Virus record (IMG/VR): IMGVR_UViG_3300012148_000003
DNA from: a virus
Length of the DNA stretch: 64,000 bases
Reading direction: 5' to 3' (one strand)
Shown: positions 19,309 to 30,494 of the stretch, in pieces
How positions within the stretch are numbered: position 1 is the first letter of the stretch
How the letters are laid out: every line of letters begins with the position of its first letter
The notes under the pieces: model-generated
Told to the model about the DNA's origin: nothing
The model's database searches: none
The model's input: the letters and a program-made list of their open reading frames with translations, nothing else
Made by a program: the position numbers and the translations under genes

Positions 19309-22300
19309 TTATGCAACTCCTTTCTGTCTCTTTATATCTGCTAACCACTGTTGGTATGGCTTGATTTTTTCAGCAATAACCTTTTCTTCGGAATCTTTTT
19401 TACAATACATTGCTATCTGCTTTCCTTTCACAATTAAATCTTCATATTCCTTCAATTGTGAATGCCAAATAATTGCCTCTGTAAGACCAAATGAGGAATA
19501 AATATTAGCATAAGCAAATGTTTTCTTATTCTTATCCTTTTTCTTCTGTACCTTTGCTACAATTCCAACAATAGTACACATTTCTCCGGCTTCAACTTCT
19601 TCAAACTCTTTTGACATAAACGAATATGCTTGTTCGAAAGGATTATCATTTATAAAAATTTGCAATGCTTCAAATTCCCAAAACTCTTCATTTTGTAAGT
19701 ATTTGCTGTTTTTATCAATATATTTTTGATACCTTATTTCTTGTTGCTGTTTGAATACTTCTTCTTTTTTCTTATTAAATACTTCTAATATTTTATCTTT
19801 ATTGTAATCGTATCTCTTTAAACCATTTCTGTATTGTTCAACATCAATTTCCCATTTCATTAATAAATCATCATAAGATGGTGCTTTAGCAACCGGCTTA
19901 AAAGTTAATGGTTCGTACATTGATTTGAGATATTTAATTAAAAATTGTCTCTTGTCCTTTGTAGGAATAGCACCAGCTTTTACCAAAGCAATTATTTGTG
20001 CTTTTGATGGCTCAACCCTGGTCTTAAAATCTTTAAACCCATCAAATAAACCATCTAATCTTTTCATGATAATATCACTTGCTACTTTTACTCCAATTCC
20101 CGATATTGCAGATAAACCAAATAAAATACTGTCATTGCTAATCGAAAAATTAATTTCCGACTTGTTTATATGCGGTGGTAATACTTTTATAAAAAATTGC
20201 CTTGCATCAATGATATATTTATTTATCATCCCGGCCTTGTCCTTGTTAAGATTAAACAAAGCCTTAAAAAAATACAATGTATGGTAAATCTTTAAGTATG
20301 CAGTTTGAAAACAAAGCACAGCATAACTGTATGAATGACTCTTATTGAAGAGATAACCACCCTTCTCTGATAGTTCACTGCTGATAGTTTTTGCAATTTC
20401 TTCACTATAACCATTGTCGATAATTTCTTGATACAGTTTTTCAGACTCTTTTTTAACTAAATCTTTATCTTTTTTTCCTATTGCTTTTCTAAACAAGTCT
20501 GCTTCACCATAGCTTCTACCACCAAATTTTCTAACAATATCCAATAGTTGCTCCTGATAGATCATACAACCATATGTACTTTTAAGAATTGGCTCCATGT
20601 CCGGATGAATATACTTAATTTTACTTGGATCGTGTTTGCACTCAATGTATTCTTCCAATGCTCCCATAGAATCTGGCCTATACAATGCAAGAACTGCAGA
20701 CAAGTCTTCTAATGTAGTTGCTTGCAGCCGGATTAATAAATCTTTCATCCCAGCACTTTCTACTTGGAATACGCCGTTTGTTTGTGCCTTGCCCAATAAT
20801 TCAAATGGTACTATATCATTTTCAAATGTGGGGTTATTAATGTTAATGTCATATTCTGAAAGCTTAAGATCACTTATAATTTCTTTTACAAGATTTAATG
20901 TCTGAACACCAAGAATGTCAAATTTAATAATTCCAATATCCTCAATAATTCTCTTATCTACTTGTATTACGTGTTCACCTTCAGAACCAAGCTTCATTGC
21001 CATATAATCATCAATATCCGTGTCTACAATACCAACCCCTCCAGCATGACATGATACTGTTTTAACTCGTCCACTAAGATGACCTGCAATATCAAATAAT
21101 TCTATATACTGAGGATTATCTTGTACAAGCGATTTATTATTATCAAGGCATTCTTGAAATGTATCATAAACAAACTTTTTGCTTAACTTATCCATTTCTG
21201 AATATCTAAAGCCAAGGACTTTTCCAACATCTTTAATTGCAACAACAGGTGTTATATAAGAAAAATTAATAATTTGACATACTCTGTTTTCACCATATTT
21301 ACTGATTAGATAATCAATAACCTTTTCTCTATTAGACACATCTGTATCTGTATCTGGTAGCGAAATACGTTCTGGATTTAGAAATCTTTCAAATATCAGT
21401 CCATATTTAATGGGGTCTAAATCAGTAATTTTTAGTAAATAACAAACCAAACTACCGGCGCAACTTCCTCTTCCACTTCCTACCATAACATCATTTTTTC
21501 TGGCATAATCTATGAAGTCCCATACTATAAGAAAATATCCATCATATCCCATATTATGAATTGTGTCTAACTCATAGTTCAGGCGATTCTCATATTGTTT
21601 TTTCTTCTCATCATCAAACTTATCAAATCCTCTTTCTTTCCATCCCAGTTTTGTTAGATATTTTAGATATTCATAATTATCGTCAAATTCACTCGGCAAG
21701 GGAAAGGTTGGTAATTGTGGTTCTTGAAAAGGCATATTTACCGTATCAATTAAATCTGCAACCTCATCTGTTCTTAATAAACCAATAGCAACTGCTTCTT
21801 TTCCGATCTGAGAATCCATAATCTCGTGTATTTCTTCATCCGATTGTAAATAACACCCCTCATAAATTTCACTCGTTGTTTCTGCATCGTGAGCTATCTG
21901 AACATGGCGGCCTTGATATACTAAATCATCTTTGGTTGCTGCATGACTATCACAAGTAATTATGTACGGAGTGCCTGTATCTTGTGATAACTTTAATATT
22001 TTCTGATTATAAGTAATTTGATCCGGGTGGCTATGAGACTGCATTTCTAAATAAAAATATGGAAATACACGTTTGTATTCTTCAATGTAATTTATGCATT
22101 TTGTGTAATTATTTTCAATTGCAAGCTTGGAAGCCAAACAAGCAGAAGATACCACTAAATCTTTACCATATGGTTTCATTTCGTCCAGGGAGATTCTTGG
22201 CTTGAAATAAAAACCATCCAAATTACTTTTTGTTACTAATTTATTAATTGCTTTTCTACCAGATTCATTTTTGGCAAGTACAATTAAATGAAAATATTTA

Positions 22301-22539
22301 CTTTCCTTATCTTGCACACTCATATCAAAGCATTCATAAAATTCAACACCATATATTATTTTTATATCAGGATAATCTTTACGCAATTTATCATAATAAC
22401 ACCAAGAATATTCATTCCCATGATTAGTTGTAGCAAATGCTTTTAAGCCTAACTCTTTTGCTCTTTCAAGATTTTCCTTTGGTGTTGCATACCCATCAAG
22501 TAAACTGTACATATCATGACAGTGTAACGCACTACTCAA
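19309..22539 (-). CDS. dnaE: DNA polymerase III alpha subunit
   Basis: PHP domain (HCHDMYSLLDG), GRGSCAGS, PDTDTD, FNKSHS; no intein seen. Confidence 0.95.
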   Translation of the reverse strand: MSSALHCHDMYSLLDGYATPKENLERAKELGLKAFATTNHGNEYSWCYYDKLRKDYPDIKIIYGVEFYECFDMSVQDKESKYFHLIVLAKNESGRKAINKLVTKSNLDGFYFKPRISLDEMKPYGKDLVVSSACLASKLAIENNYTKCINYIEEYKRVFPYFYLEMQSHSHPDQITYNQKILKLSQDTGTPYIITCDSHAATKDDLVYQGRHVQIAHDAETTSEIYEGCYLQSDEEIHEIMDSQIGKEAVAIGLLRTDEVADLIDTVNMPFQEPQLPTFPLPSEFDDNYEYLKYLTKLGWKERGFDKFDDEKKKQYENRLNYELDTIHNMGYDGYFLIVWDFIDYARKNDVMVGSGRGSCAGSLVCYLLKITDLDPIKYGLIFERFLNPERISLPDTDTDVSNREKVIDYLISKYGENRVCQIINFSYITPVVAIKDVGKVLGFRYSEMDKLSKKFVYDTFQECLDNNKSLVQDNPQYIELFDIAGHLSGRVKTVSCHAGGVGIVDTDIDDYMAMKLGSEGEHVIQVDKRIIEDIGIIKFDILGVQTLNLVKEIISDLKLSEYDININNPTFENDIVPFELLGKAQTNGVFQVESAGMKDLLIRLQATTLEDLSAVLALYRPDSMGALEEYIECKHDPSKIKYIHPDMEPILKSTYGCMIYQEQLLDIVRKFGGRSYGEADLFRKAIGKKDKDLVKKESEKLYQEIIDNGYSEEIAKTISSELSEKGGYLFNKSHSYSYAVLCFQTAYLKIYHTLYFFKALFNLNKDKAGMINKYIIDARQFFIKVLPPHINKSEINFSISNDSILFGLSAISGIGVKVASDIIMKRLDGLFDGFKDFKTRVEPSKAQIIALVKAGAIPTKDKRQFLIKYLKSMYEPLTFKPVAKAPSYDDLLMKWEIDVEQYRNGLKRYDYNKDKILEVFNKKKEEVFKQQQEIRYQKYIDKNSKYLQNEEFWEFEALQIFINDNPFEQAYSFMSKEFEEVEAGEMCTIVGIVAKVQKKKDKNKKTFAYANIYSSFGLTEAIIWHSQLKEYEDLIVKGKQIAMYCKKDSEEKVIAEKIKPYQQWLADIKRQKGVA

Positions 22540-22560
22540 TTGCGAACCTCCTTTTGTAAT

Positions 22561-24351
22561 TTACCAAACATCTTCTTCGTCTTCTTGATCTGTTTTATTG
22601 ATCACAACCAAATCTTGAATAACTATCTGCATTGTTTTAACTCCGTTATATTCGTTTACCATTGGCTTTCCTACTATATTGAATGTAATATTATTTTCGT
22701 CATCCCAACAAGTGTTCAACCAATCAAACAATTCATTTCCCTCTTTACATTTAAACTGAACGTATTCAATATCTCCAACTTTAAATTTAATGGTATCTGA
22801 ATTTTTCCCGATAATATCAAGTTCAACTCTGTCAAGTGATATGTTTTCAATTGCCAACATTGGTTCATTAATGCCCTGTCCAATAATATCGGAAAATTGA
22901 TTTAAGTCAACAATCAGTTTTGCTGTTACTTCGCTAATATCCAATATATAATCACAGCGATATGTAGAGTCATATTCTACATCTTGCAGTATATAGTTTA
23001 AGGAATTGATTGCTTCATCAAGTTTATCAATATCTAGGTTTACACCAAAGGCATTTGCATGCCCTTTCCCCCAATTAAATGCACTTGAACTATTGATAAC
23101 ATCCTTAAAACTATCAATTGGACTATGATCTATATTTCTTGCACTACCACCATAAACTAACCTTTCCATAGTTGTTTTTTTCTTATCATCTTTTTTTACT
23201 GTTTCTATGTATTGGTTTAAAAGTATACATGGTTTGTTGAATAGCTCTGCTATTTTCATTGCTACTAATCCACTCAGTCCATTATTCAATAAATTAGTGA
23301 CATCCAATATGGTTATCTTGTTATCATTTGGTGTTTTCTTTATGATTTCAACAATTTTATCAACACTTTTCTCTTTTAATTTGTCCTGTCGGCTTTTTGC
23401 ATTTTTACTTAATCTAACAGCTTTATCATAAATACTTTCTTGAATTATTTCTGATGGTTTATCCTTTCTTGCTCGTGTTTTATATTCAAAAAATTCATCT
23501 TGCTCTATGAACGATCTAAATAATAATTCTTTTTCTTCTTGATCTCCAATGCGGATCATTCCATTGATAACTGGTGTAATATACCATTGGATATTATGAA
23601 TATTTATCCTTCCATTCATACTATAATTCTGTGCTTCTATAAAAGAGGAGAAGCATTTGTTTCTTATATTACTAAGACCTTTGTTAATAATACGTTTAGT
23701 TTCAAGAGAGCGAATATCCATCACGTCACTTATATTCGCTAATGCACACAAATCCAAATAATTATCTGCATATTCATTCCAAAATCGTTCATCTAACGCT
23801 TGCAGAAATTTATATACAATACCAGCTCCACAAAAATCCTTATTTGAGTATGACTTACTCATTTGATTATTGACAATTATTGCATGCTCATTATCTTCTT
23901 CTTTTTCGTGATGGTCTAAAATAATAATATCGATTTTAAGTTTCTCACACTGTTCAGAATCATTTGTTCCTGCGTCTGGAATAATAAGTAGCTTAATATC
24001 ATCAGTAATAATAACATCGTTACTTAAACCATGTGCCTTATTCTTACCATGTAAAATGTATTTAACTGGGTAATTAGGATTCATTTCTTTTATGTATGAA
24101 TACATCATACCCGCTGAACAGAAGCCATCTACATCTTCATCAACAAGAATAGCTATAGTATTTTCATTTTCATAATGCTTTTCAAAACAATCAACAGCTT
24201 CATCAATATTATCCAATTTTTTATATGGAATAATTACACTGTCATCTAAATTCATATATCTATAACAATCAGTAATTCCTCTATTTTCTAATACTGTCTC
24301 CAATACATTTGATTTACTGCTTTTACTGCCGTCATATAATCTGTATTGCAA
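22561..24351 (-). CDS. recJ: RecJ-like ssDNA exonuclease (DHH family)
   Basis: DEDVDG, PDAG, LDHH, CGAG, GSAR and GHANAFG motifs. Confidence 0.92.
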   Translation of the reverse strand: MQYRLYDGSKSSKSNVLETVLENRGITDCYRYMNLDDSVIIPYKKLDNIDEAVDCFEKHYENENTIAILVDEDVDGFCSAGMMYSYIKEMNPNYPVKYILHGKNKAHGLSNDVIITDDIKLLIIPDAGTNDSEQCEKLKIDIIILDHHEKEEDNEHAIIVNNQMSKSYSNKDFCGAGIVYKFLQALDERFWNEYADNYLDLCALANISDVMDIRSLETKRIINKGLSNIRNKCFSSFIEAQNYSMNGRINIHNIQWYITPVINGMIRIGDQEEKELLFRSFIEQDEFFEYKTRARKDKPSEIIQESIYDKAVRLSKNAKSRQDKLKEKSVDKIVEIIKKTPNDNKITILDVTNLLNNGLSGLVAMKIAELFNKPCILLNQYIETVKKDDKKKTTMERLVYGGSARNIDHSPIDSFKDVINSSSAFNWGKGHANAFGVNLDIDKLDEAINSLNYILQDVEYDSTYRCDYILDISEVTAKLIVDLNQFSDIIGQGINEPMLAIENISLDRVELDIIGKNSDTIKFKVGDIEYVQFKCKEGNELFDWLNTCWDDENNITFNIVGKPMVNEYNGVKTMQIVIQDLVVINKTDQEDEEDVW

Positions 24352-24364
24352 TATTTTTTCCTTT

Positions 24365-25390
24365 CTACCTAAGTCTATATATGTTATTATTAATTAACTT
24401 CGTCCACTTCTTAGGATTGTCGGTTGGTGATTCTTTCTCTAATAAAATACTATTAATATCAATCACCGCATATATTGGTATATTTTCCATAAATCTATTA
24501 GCAATCTCTTCAATCTCTTTCTGTAAAACATCCTTATCAAACGCAAAAATAATATCTACACCCAACCTTGATAGCATTTCAATTTGCGTACTTGATAATG
24601 TTTTTCCACCTATTGCAACCACATTTTTAAATCCATATGACCATAATTGCATTGCTCCTTTTTCTGCCTCAACAACAAAAACCTTACCAGCTTTTTTTAT
24701 ATAGTTAATTGTTAGATTTAGTCCATACAGCACTCTTGATCGAGAGCATGGCTCTAAATACAGATATTTTAAATCATCTTCTTCAAGTTTCTCTTTTAAT
24801 AACCTTCCTTTCACTCCAACTAAATCACCTATCTCAGAAAATATTGGTATTGTAATGCGGTTTGTATACTCATCATATCCAATTTGAAAAATCTTCTGTG
24901 TTTTAAAATCTATATTATCCGCTGCGAAAAGACCATTAACTCGATCCTTATAATATGTAAGTATCTTGCTTGAAATTGGTTTCAATGGTTTATCATCATT
25001 TTCTATAGAGCTTTCACTCATTTCTTCTATCATCTTTAAAATTTTAAGGCTCTCTGGAACTTCTTCATTTAAATCGTAATAATAAGAAATGCCTATTATA
25101 TTACAGATTGCTTTAATTGCATCCGGAAATAAAACACCAAGGGTATAACAAACCAAATCAATAATATCTGTAACTTTTGAACCGGCCACCATTTGTCTTG
25201 TATAATTATTACATGTCAGATATTCATTATTTCTAGTTACAATAGCTTTAGTATTGTGACCATCTTTATTTGCACAAGTCCAATACTCTCCAGAAGAATG
25301 ATATTTAATATGGTGGCATCCGATTTCTTGAAGTATTTGTTCAACGTAGTGATTTTCGAAGATATAGCTTTTTAATTCTCTTGCATCCAA
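24365..25390 (-). CDS. dnaG: DNA primase (TOPRIM)
   Basis: RITIPI, KGR, VVEAEK, AIGG, FAFDKD; lies between DnaB and RecJ. Confidence 0.85.
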   Translation of the reverse strand: MDARELKSYIFENHYVEQILQEIGCHHIKYHSSGEYWTCANKDGHNTKAIVTRNNEYLTCNNYTRQMVAGSKVTDIIDLVCYTLGVLFPDAIKAICNIIGISYYYDLNEEVPESLKILKMIEEMSESSIENDDKPLKPISSKILTYYKDRVNGLFAADNIDFKTQKIFQIGYDEYTNRITIPIFSEIGDLVGVKGRLLKEKLEEDDLKYLYLEPCSRSRVLYGLNLTINYIKKAGKVFVVEAEKGAMQLWSYGFKNVVAIGGKTLSSTQIEMLSRLGVDIIFAFDKDVLQKEIEEIANRFMENIPIYAVIDINSILLEKESPTDNPKKWTKLINNNIYRLR

Positions 25391-25405
25391 ATGCCACCTT
25401 CCTCC

Positions 25406-26962
25406 TTATTCACTAGTTTTCTGTTTCTTAACTAAATATCCTATATTATCCCAGATGTTATAGTTCAAATCGATTTCAAAAGCCATAACCTTATCTTTAT
25501 CACCATCTCTATTCTTATCTGGTTTAATCGCAAAATATTGTTTGGAATAATCTAAGTCTGTTTTTATGGGAGTTCCCCATGAGCCATCCTCGACCACTAC
25601 TTGATATTTATGGTATTCACTCCTATCAAGTTTCTTCCCAAGCGTAAGTGCATCTGTTACATGTTTTATTCCCTTTGCCCCAGCGATATTGTTACTACTA
25701 AGACTGAATATATCTGTAAAGACTGTATCATCTGTAAGCTGAAACACAATAAATCCTGATAATCCGAGTTCTTTTGTTATCTCCTTAATTCTGGTTGCGC
25801 TTTGTTTTATTGAACTCCAGTCCTCTGTCCGAAAGCCCTTTAAAGTATCATAACCGTAGTATGTTCCATTCATTGCAGCTTTATATTTTCGTAGTTCAAA
25901 TTCAACACGTGTGTCACTATAATCATCTCCAATGTCTTTAAAAAGAAGTTTTCCATTATCATGATCATCAATCCATTTTGCTACTTTAACAATATCCCAA
26001 TATTCATCAGAGTTATTTTGTATTCTGTTCAGGAAGTCATCTTTGGTTTCAATATAATTACCATCATCATCAATTTTTCTTCGTATAACATCCCCACTTC
26101 TATCCTTATATACTCCTAACTTGATCTCCTTTTCAGGTTTCAATAGTTTAACACCATGCACTTCTTTAAACTCTTTGTTGTTTAAGACTGTTGGAATAAG
26201 ACAACTCCTTAACTTTTTCTCACTCATCTCATTGCTCAAAACAAGAAAACTTTTATTTTGAACCAATGTAACATAGGCTGCAAGCTTCATTAATTTTCTC
26301 GTCTTTCCTTCATTACTAAGAAACCCTTCGAGAATAATATCTTCGTCCAATAACCCCATAAACATTTCATTATATAAATACCACGGTGTTAATAATCCCA
26401 TCATTGGCACATCAATATAAGAATTAAGCGTGTTTACATTATTTTTTGAAAGCTCTACCGCCTCCTCCCCGGCATTAATAACTGTATTGATTTTATCTGC
26501 CTTAATTCTGATTATCCTGTAAATATCATTGGCAGTTAAAGAATCAAATCGTTTATGGGCTAAAATCTTATCAACCGGAAATCCATTTCTTTCATACTCA
26601 CGGAGTAACGAATATTTCTTTATGATGTTAAAGTAATTGTCAACATCATTTATATCAGCAAGTTTAATAAACCTTTGAATAGTATTCCAGCCTTTATACT
26701 GCCTATATTGTCGAAGTCTCTCATCATTTTGACTCATGAAAACATTACATTTTGTTTCATCAACTGATTGAGAAAAGGTCAGATAATAAGTTTCTAAATT
26801 GTCATAGAAAAACCGTGTTGCTTCATCAAAAAAATCATATTTTGACCTCATATAATTACCATAATTTATGTATAAATCTGGATTACTATAAAGAGCACCT
26901 ATGAAACACATCTCTGATTGAACATTTGTAGTTCGTAATTCACAATCACCATTCAAATGCAC
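25406..26962 (-). CDS. dnaB: DnaB-like replicative helicase
   Basis: N-terminal SEMCFIGAL, SNEGKTR Walker A, SNEM, FQL, KNRDG. Confidence 0.88.
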   Translation of the reverse strand: MHLNGDCELRTTNVQSEMCFIGALYSNPDLYINYGNYMRSKYDFFDEATRFFYDNLETYYLTFSQSVDETKCNVFMSQNDERLRQYRQYKGWNTIQRFIKLADINDVDNYFNIIKKYSLLREYERNGFPVDKILAHKRFDSLTANDIYRIIRIKADKINTVINAGEEAVELSKNNVNTLNSYIDVPMMGLLTPWYLYNEMFMGLLDEDIILEGFLSNEGKTRKLMKLAAYVTLVQNKSFLVLSNEMSEKKLRSCLIPTVLNNKEFKEVHGVKLLKPEKEIKLGVYKDRSGDVIRRKIDDDGNYIETKDDFLNRIQNNSDEYWDIVKVAKWIDDHDNGKLLFKDIGDDYSDTRVEFELRKYKAAMNGTYYGYDTLKGFRTEDWSSIKQSATRIKEITKELGLSGFIVFQLTDDTVFTDIFSLSSNNIAGAKGIKHVTDALTLGKKLDRSEYHKYQVVVEDGSWGTPIKTDLDYSKQYFAIKPDKNRDGDKDKVMAFEIDLNYNIWDNIGYLVKKQKTSE

Positions 26963-26971
26963 ATCACCACC

Positions 26972-27655
26972 TTATGTAAAAATATCATCAACTAAATCTG
27001 ACATTTCCTTATTGCTATTATTTTCTGTCCCATCAACAGATTTCATTTTTACTATTGAATATTCAATAATATTTTGAGACGATTGTTGTTGACTGCTTTT
27101 TTCCAATATTTCTTGTTGTTCTTTCCATTCCAAATAACTGTCATATTTGTTGATAAGTACTGATAGGTCATAATTAACCCTACCAGCCTTATCCATAACA
27201 TTTCCTGTTGACTTCCGCTTTTCATATAGTTTATTTAGGAAATTGATTTTTCGTTTCCACATATCCAATAAGTCGCATGGTGGAATATTAATTGACATTC
27301 CTTTAAAACTTCCTGAATATATAGCAGCTAATTTATGAAAAATGTTCGCCGGAACAATTGTCATATCATATGTGTCGAGAATAAACTTATAAACTTCATC
27401 CTTATCCAAAAAATCAGATGTTTTATCTCTTGCGTCTTTAGCATATTTATTAACATCCTCAATCAGCTCTTGCCACTTGATTTTTTTTGTTCTTGGTGAA
27501 TTAATTTTTTCATTACACATATCAAGAAAATGTTGTTTGTGATAATATTCATTTTTATATAAAACAATATCATCAAGATTATTCCGGTCTAAAAATATTG
27601 GCATTTGGCAGAAAACACATTTTCTGGATCGTATACTCTTATTAATGCTTGTCAT
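26972..27655 (-). CDS. Conserved replication-block protein with an N-terminal Zn site
   Basis: RKCVFC...YYHKQH; position between the AAA ATPase and DnaB as in SPbeta-like phages. Confidence 0.65.
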   Translation of the reverse strand: MTSINKSIRSRKCVFCQMPIFLDRNNLDDIVLYKNEYYHKQHFLDMCNEKINSPRTKKIKWQELIEDVNKYAKDARDKTSDFLDKDEVYKFILDTYDMTIVPANIFHKLAAIYSGSFKGMSINIPPCDLLDMWKRKINFLNKLYEKRKSTGNVMDKAGRVNYDLSVLINKYDSYLEWKEQQEILEKSSQQQSSQNIIEYSIVKMKSVDGTENNSNKEMSDLVDDIFT

Positions 27656-27695
27656 TACAATACTCCTTACTTATGCTTAACTACCATTGTGTTGA

Positions 27696-28862
27696 TCATG
27701 TTGAAATTACTTTAAGTACCTTGTTTAGAATGTTTACATCAACAACATTTTTAAACGCCGTAGGAAGTCCTTCCTCCTCTAATTTTTTCTTTGCGGCTGC
27801 CTTTGGCTCTGGGGTTAGTGATTTTAAAGTGGTAATAATCTGTTCACGGATTGTATCAGCTTCAGAGCTTTCAGCTGATTCACCTGCGGTATTTTCAAAC
27901 CTTTCTACTGGTTTTCCAACTTCTCCTAAAATCTCTTTTCTATAGATATCCTGCTCTATACCGACTGCGTTTGTTAAATCATTCTTCAATACAAATGATT
28001 TTTTATTAGCAGTTTTGTCAATTATTACTTGCCAATCCAGAAGAGTCGGATCTTCAATAATTTCATTTTTCTTATGTACACCTGTTCTATCCTTTTCTAC
28101 AAATGCACATACCTGTCCCGTTTCAGAATCAACAAATGTTCTAATCACAGTCTTGGCATTATAATCCATTCCTTTAAAACCATCAGGAATTTTTTTACCA
28201 GTCGCGACACTTTCTCGTTTTCCTTCTATTTCTTTTGTGATTTTTTCATCTGTCTCTCTGGCTGTTGCAATACAATGTACTCCGGAGGCCATCAAATCTA
28301 AAATTAAGTCTTGACCCTTAAAATTTACTGTCTGATAATCTTTTAACTCTAAACCTGCACCTTCAATTTTTACAAGTTTAGCATCTCCAATAAGACCATC
28401 TTTCTCGGCTTTTACTTTATTTCTTTTCTTTGAAAATTCAACCAGGCCTTGTTTGGTTGTCAAATTTAAAATTGAAGTACCATCTACTACAATTGCATCT
28501 GCTCTGAACGGTTCACCGTCAGCGTCCACTACAATTTCATCAGTTTCGTTACCATCATCGTCTAATTCATAAAAGTCTTCATTGTTTTTTACTTTTGAAA
28601 TATACTGCCTGATTTCTCCTAATGATTGCGTATAAACAATGTAAATATTATCAAGATTCACACCATCTTCCTGTAAATCAGCTAAAAAGTCATCAACTGA
28701 ACCGCTTTCCGGATCGAGATACAACACTCTAAACGGTTTATTATCGGGACGTTTAAAATACGCTAATTGTAATGACAATGTTGACTTTCCGGTAAATGGT
28801 TCACCAAATAAAATCATCATTAATTTACTTTGTGTTACACTTGCTTTTCTTGCTTTTGCCAT
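27696..28862 (-). CDS. AAA ATPase (Sak4/AAA_24-like)
   Basis: GEPFTGKS Walker A, LDPESG, IVVDG, ARETDE. Confidence 0.8.
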   Translation of the reverse strand: MAKARKASVTQSKLMMILFGEPFTGKSTLSLQLAYFKRPDNKPFRVLYLDPESGSVDDFLADLQEDGVNLDNIYIVYTQSLGEIRQYISKVKNNEDFYELDDDGNETDEIVVDADGEPFRADAIVVDGTSILNLTTKQGLVEFSKKRNKVKAEKDGLIGDAKLVKIEGAGLELKDYQTVNFKGQDLILDLMASGVHCIATARETDEKITKEIEGKRESVATGKKIPDGFKGMDYNAKTVIRTFVDSETGQVCAFVEKDRTGVHKKNEIIEDPTLLDWQVIIDKTANKKSFVLKNDLTNAVGIEQDIYRKEILGEVGKPVERFENTAGESAESSEADTIREQIITTLKSLTPEPKAAAKKKLEEEGLPTAFKNVVDVNILNKVLKVIST

Positions 28863-28913
28863 CCAGCGTTTCCTCCATTTAATAAAATTGTTTTTTTGTG
28901 AAGCTTAGGGTTA

Positions 28914-29969
28914 TTAACCCCAAGCTTCGTCATCATCATCACTATCAAGTAAAGAAGAAGTATTTCCCCACTCATTACTGCCATCTGCATAATCGTTTTC
29001 TGCATTTTGTGAATTATTTATTTTCATAATTGCAGCTTCGATTAATTCTTCGGAATATGTATCTTTATCAACACTCGATTTTTTAGCACCAGTAATAACA
29101 AATTCTCTTTTAACCGGAGAGTTCTGTTTGGACATACTATTGGATTCTCCCCATTCATCTTCATCTGCAACCTCTTCTGTTTGAGATGAAACTTCCATTT
29201 TGCCCCAAACTTCAAGAGCATAATATGGCTTTAAATTCTTTCTGAATACATTTGCTAATGTGCTATCTGTTACAATAAACTCGGCATCTTCAATAGTAGA
29301 ATATGTAATAATCTTTGCCGAGACAATAAATCTTCCGGTTGCCTTGTCATTTTCTTTTTCCTGATCAATTCCCATAAATACAATTGTCTGGGTAAAATCA
29401 TGTACTGCTTCAAACTTTTCGTCAGCAAATTTAATATCCTGACACAATGAAATCTGATTAGGAATTAATTTGGTACTCTTTTTCATTTCACCATTATCAG
29501 TTTTAAAACTACTGTACTCTAACTTACCTTTGATAAATACACTCATATTATCTTTTAAGTTTTCACCAATTTCCTTACAAGCATCAAAGTCAGTAAGAAT
29601 TTTTTTATCATTGACACTATTTCCTTTTTCATCAACAGTTTTCTTAACGCCGATGTTACCACCAATCATTCTAAATCCTTCACGCTTAAAGGTATATCTG
29701 TCTGCCCATGCAACCGGAACTGTTTCTGATTTTTCACCTTTCTTTACCTGTTTCGAAAAATATACTTTGTCCTGTGGCATACCTTGCATAGATACATACA
29801 TTGTCTGTCCTTCATTAAAAGTGGCACCAAAATTAACTCTACGAAAATCTTTTCTAGTTTTCGTTTTGCTTTCCTTATAAAAGGCTTCCTTATTCTGTCC
29901 TGTAACAATACCTTTTAACTGAAAAATACCCTTTGTTTCCTGTAAATCAAATAATCTTGCTTTTGCCAT
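28914..29969 (-). CDS. Probable single-stranded DNA-binding protein
   Basis: First gene of the replication block; beta-rich; acidic tail DSDDDDEAWG. Confidence 0.65.
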   Translation of the reverse strand: MAKARLFDLQETKGIFQLKGIVTGQNKEAFYKESKTKTRKDFRRVNFGATFNEGQTMYVSMQGMPQDKVYFSKQVKKGEKSETVPVAWADRYTFKREGFRMIGGNIGVKKTVDEKGNSVNDKKILTDFDACKEIGENLKDNMSVFIKGKLEYSSFKTDNGEMKKSTKLIPNQISLCQDIKFADEKFEAVHDFTQTIVFMGIDQEKENDKATGRFIVSAKIITYSTIEDAEFIVTDSTLANVFRKNLKPYYALEVWGKMEVSSQTEEVADEDEWGESNSMSKQNSPVKREFVITGAKKSSVDKDTYSEELIEAAIMKINNSQNAENDYADGSNEWGNTSSLLDSDDDDEAWG

Positions 29970-30126
29970 TAATTAATAAATCCTCCTTGAGATAATTATT
30001 TTTATAAAGTATTTATGTGAACGGACTTTCACCGTAGCATCAAGTAACTCTATGTGAATTTATGTCAAACTTTTACTGCTATCAATTTTTAACAACCAAT
30101 GAAATGCGAAATTCAACATCGAAATC

Positions 30127-30174
30127 AGTCTATATATTGTTGTTTTTTAATTCCAAATACACTATATCTAGTCT
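30127..30174. promoter_or_regulatory. Tandem NrdR boxes
   Basis: agtCTATATATTGttg (30127) and acaCTATATCTAGtct (30159) both fit acaCwAtATaTwGtg and are 32 bp apart. Confidence 0.75.
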
Positions 30175-30476
30175 AATGTGGGGTACGGATTTGCACCGTA
30201 CATGAGGTTTTCTAACCTTTATATGTGGGTTTGCCAAGTTCGTGCTGCTTGTCAGCGTATCCATTGCTGGAAGGTTACCACCACTTTTCATACCGTAAAT
30301 GTCTTAACCATATAGGAATACGGGCATTTATGTATTGTGTCTACTATCGGACATAACACCATATTACATATTATTGGTTGGTGTCTCGCTTACCTCATAT
30401 AATTAAGCAGTTTTCCACCAGTTACCCCTTAAACCATATCTACTCATTTAGATATGTCTATTCCACCACCCACATT
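30175..30476 (-). ncRNA. Candidate ~302-nt structured RNA with tRNA-like ends
   Basis: Terminal stem AATGTGGG/CCCACATT, T-like arm GTACGG-TGCAAAT-CCGTAC, D-like GTGGAATAGACAT, many internal hairpins, own promoter, no convincing ORF. Confidence 0.7.
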
Positions 30477-30494
30477 TTTGTCTGATGAATCATT

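Noticed and set aside
19309-22539. Intein in DnaE
   Set aside because: Length and motif continuity are normal; no splice-junction motifs.
30175-30476. tmRNA, or tRNA with a group I intron
   Set aside because: No G3:U70 pair, GG D-loop, or tag ORF ending in an Ala-rich tail; no recognisable group I P7 core, and the putative exons do not rebuild an anticodon stem. Kept as an unassigned ncRNA.
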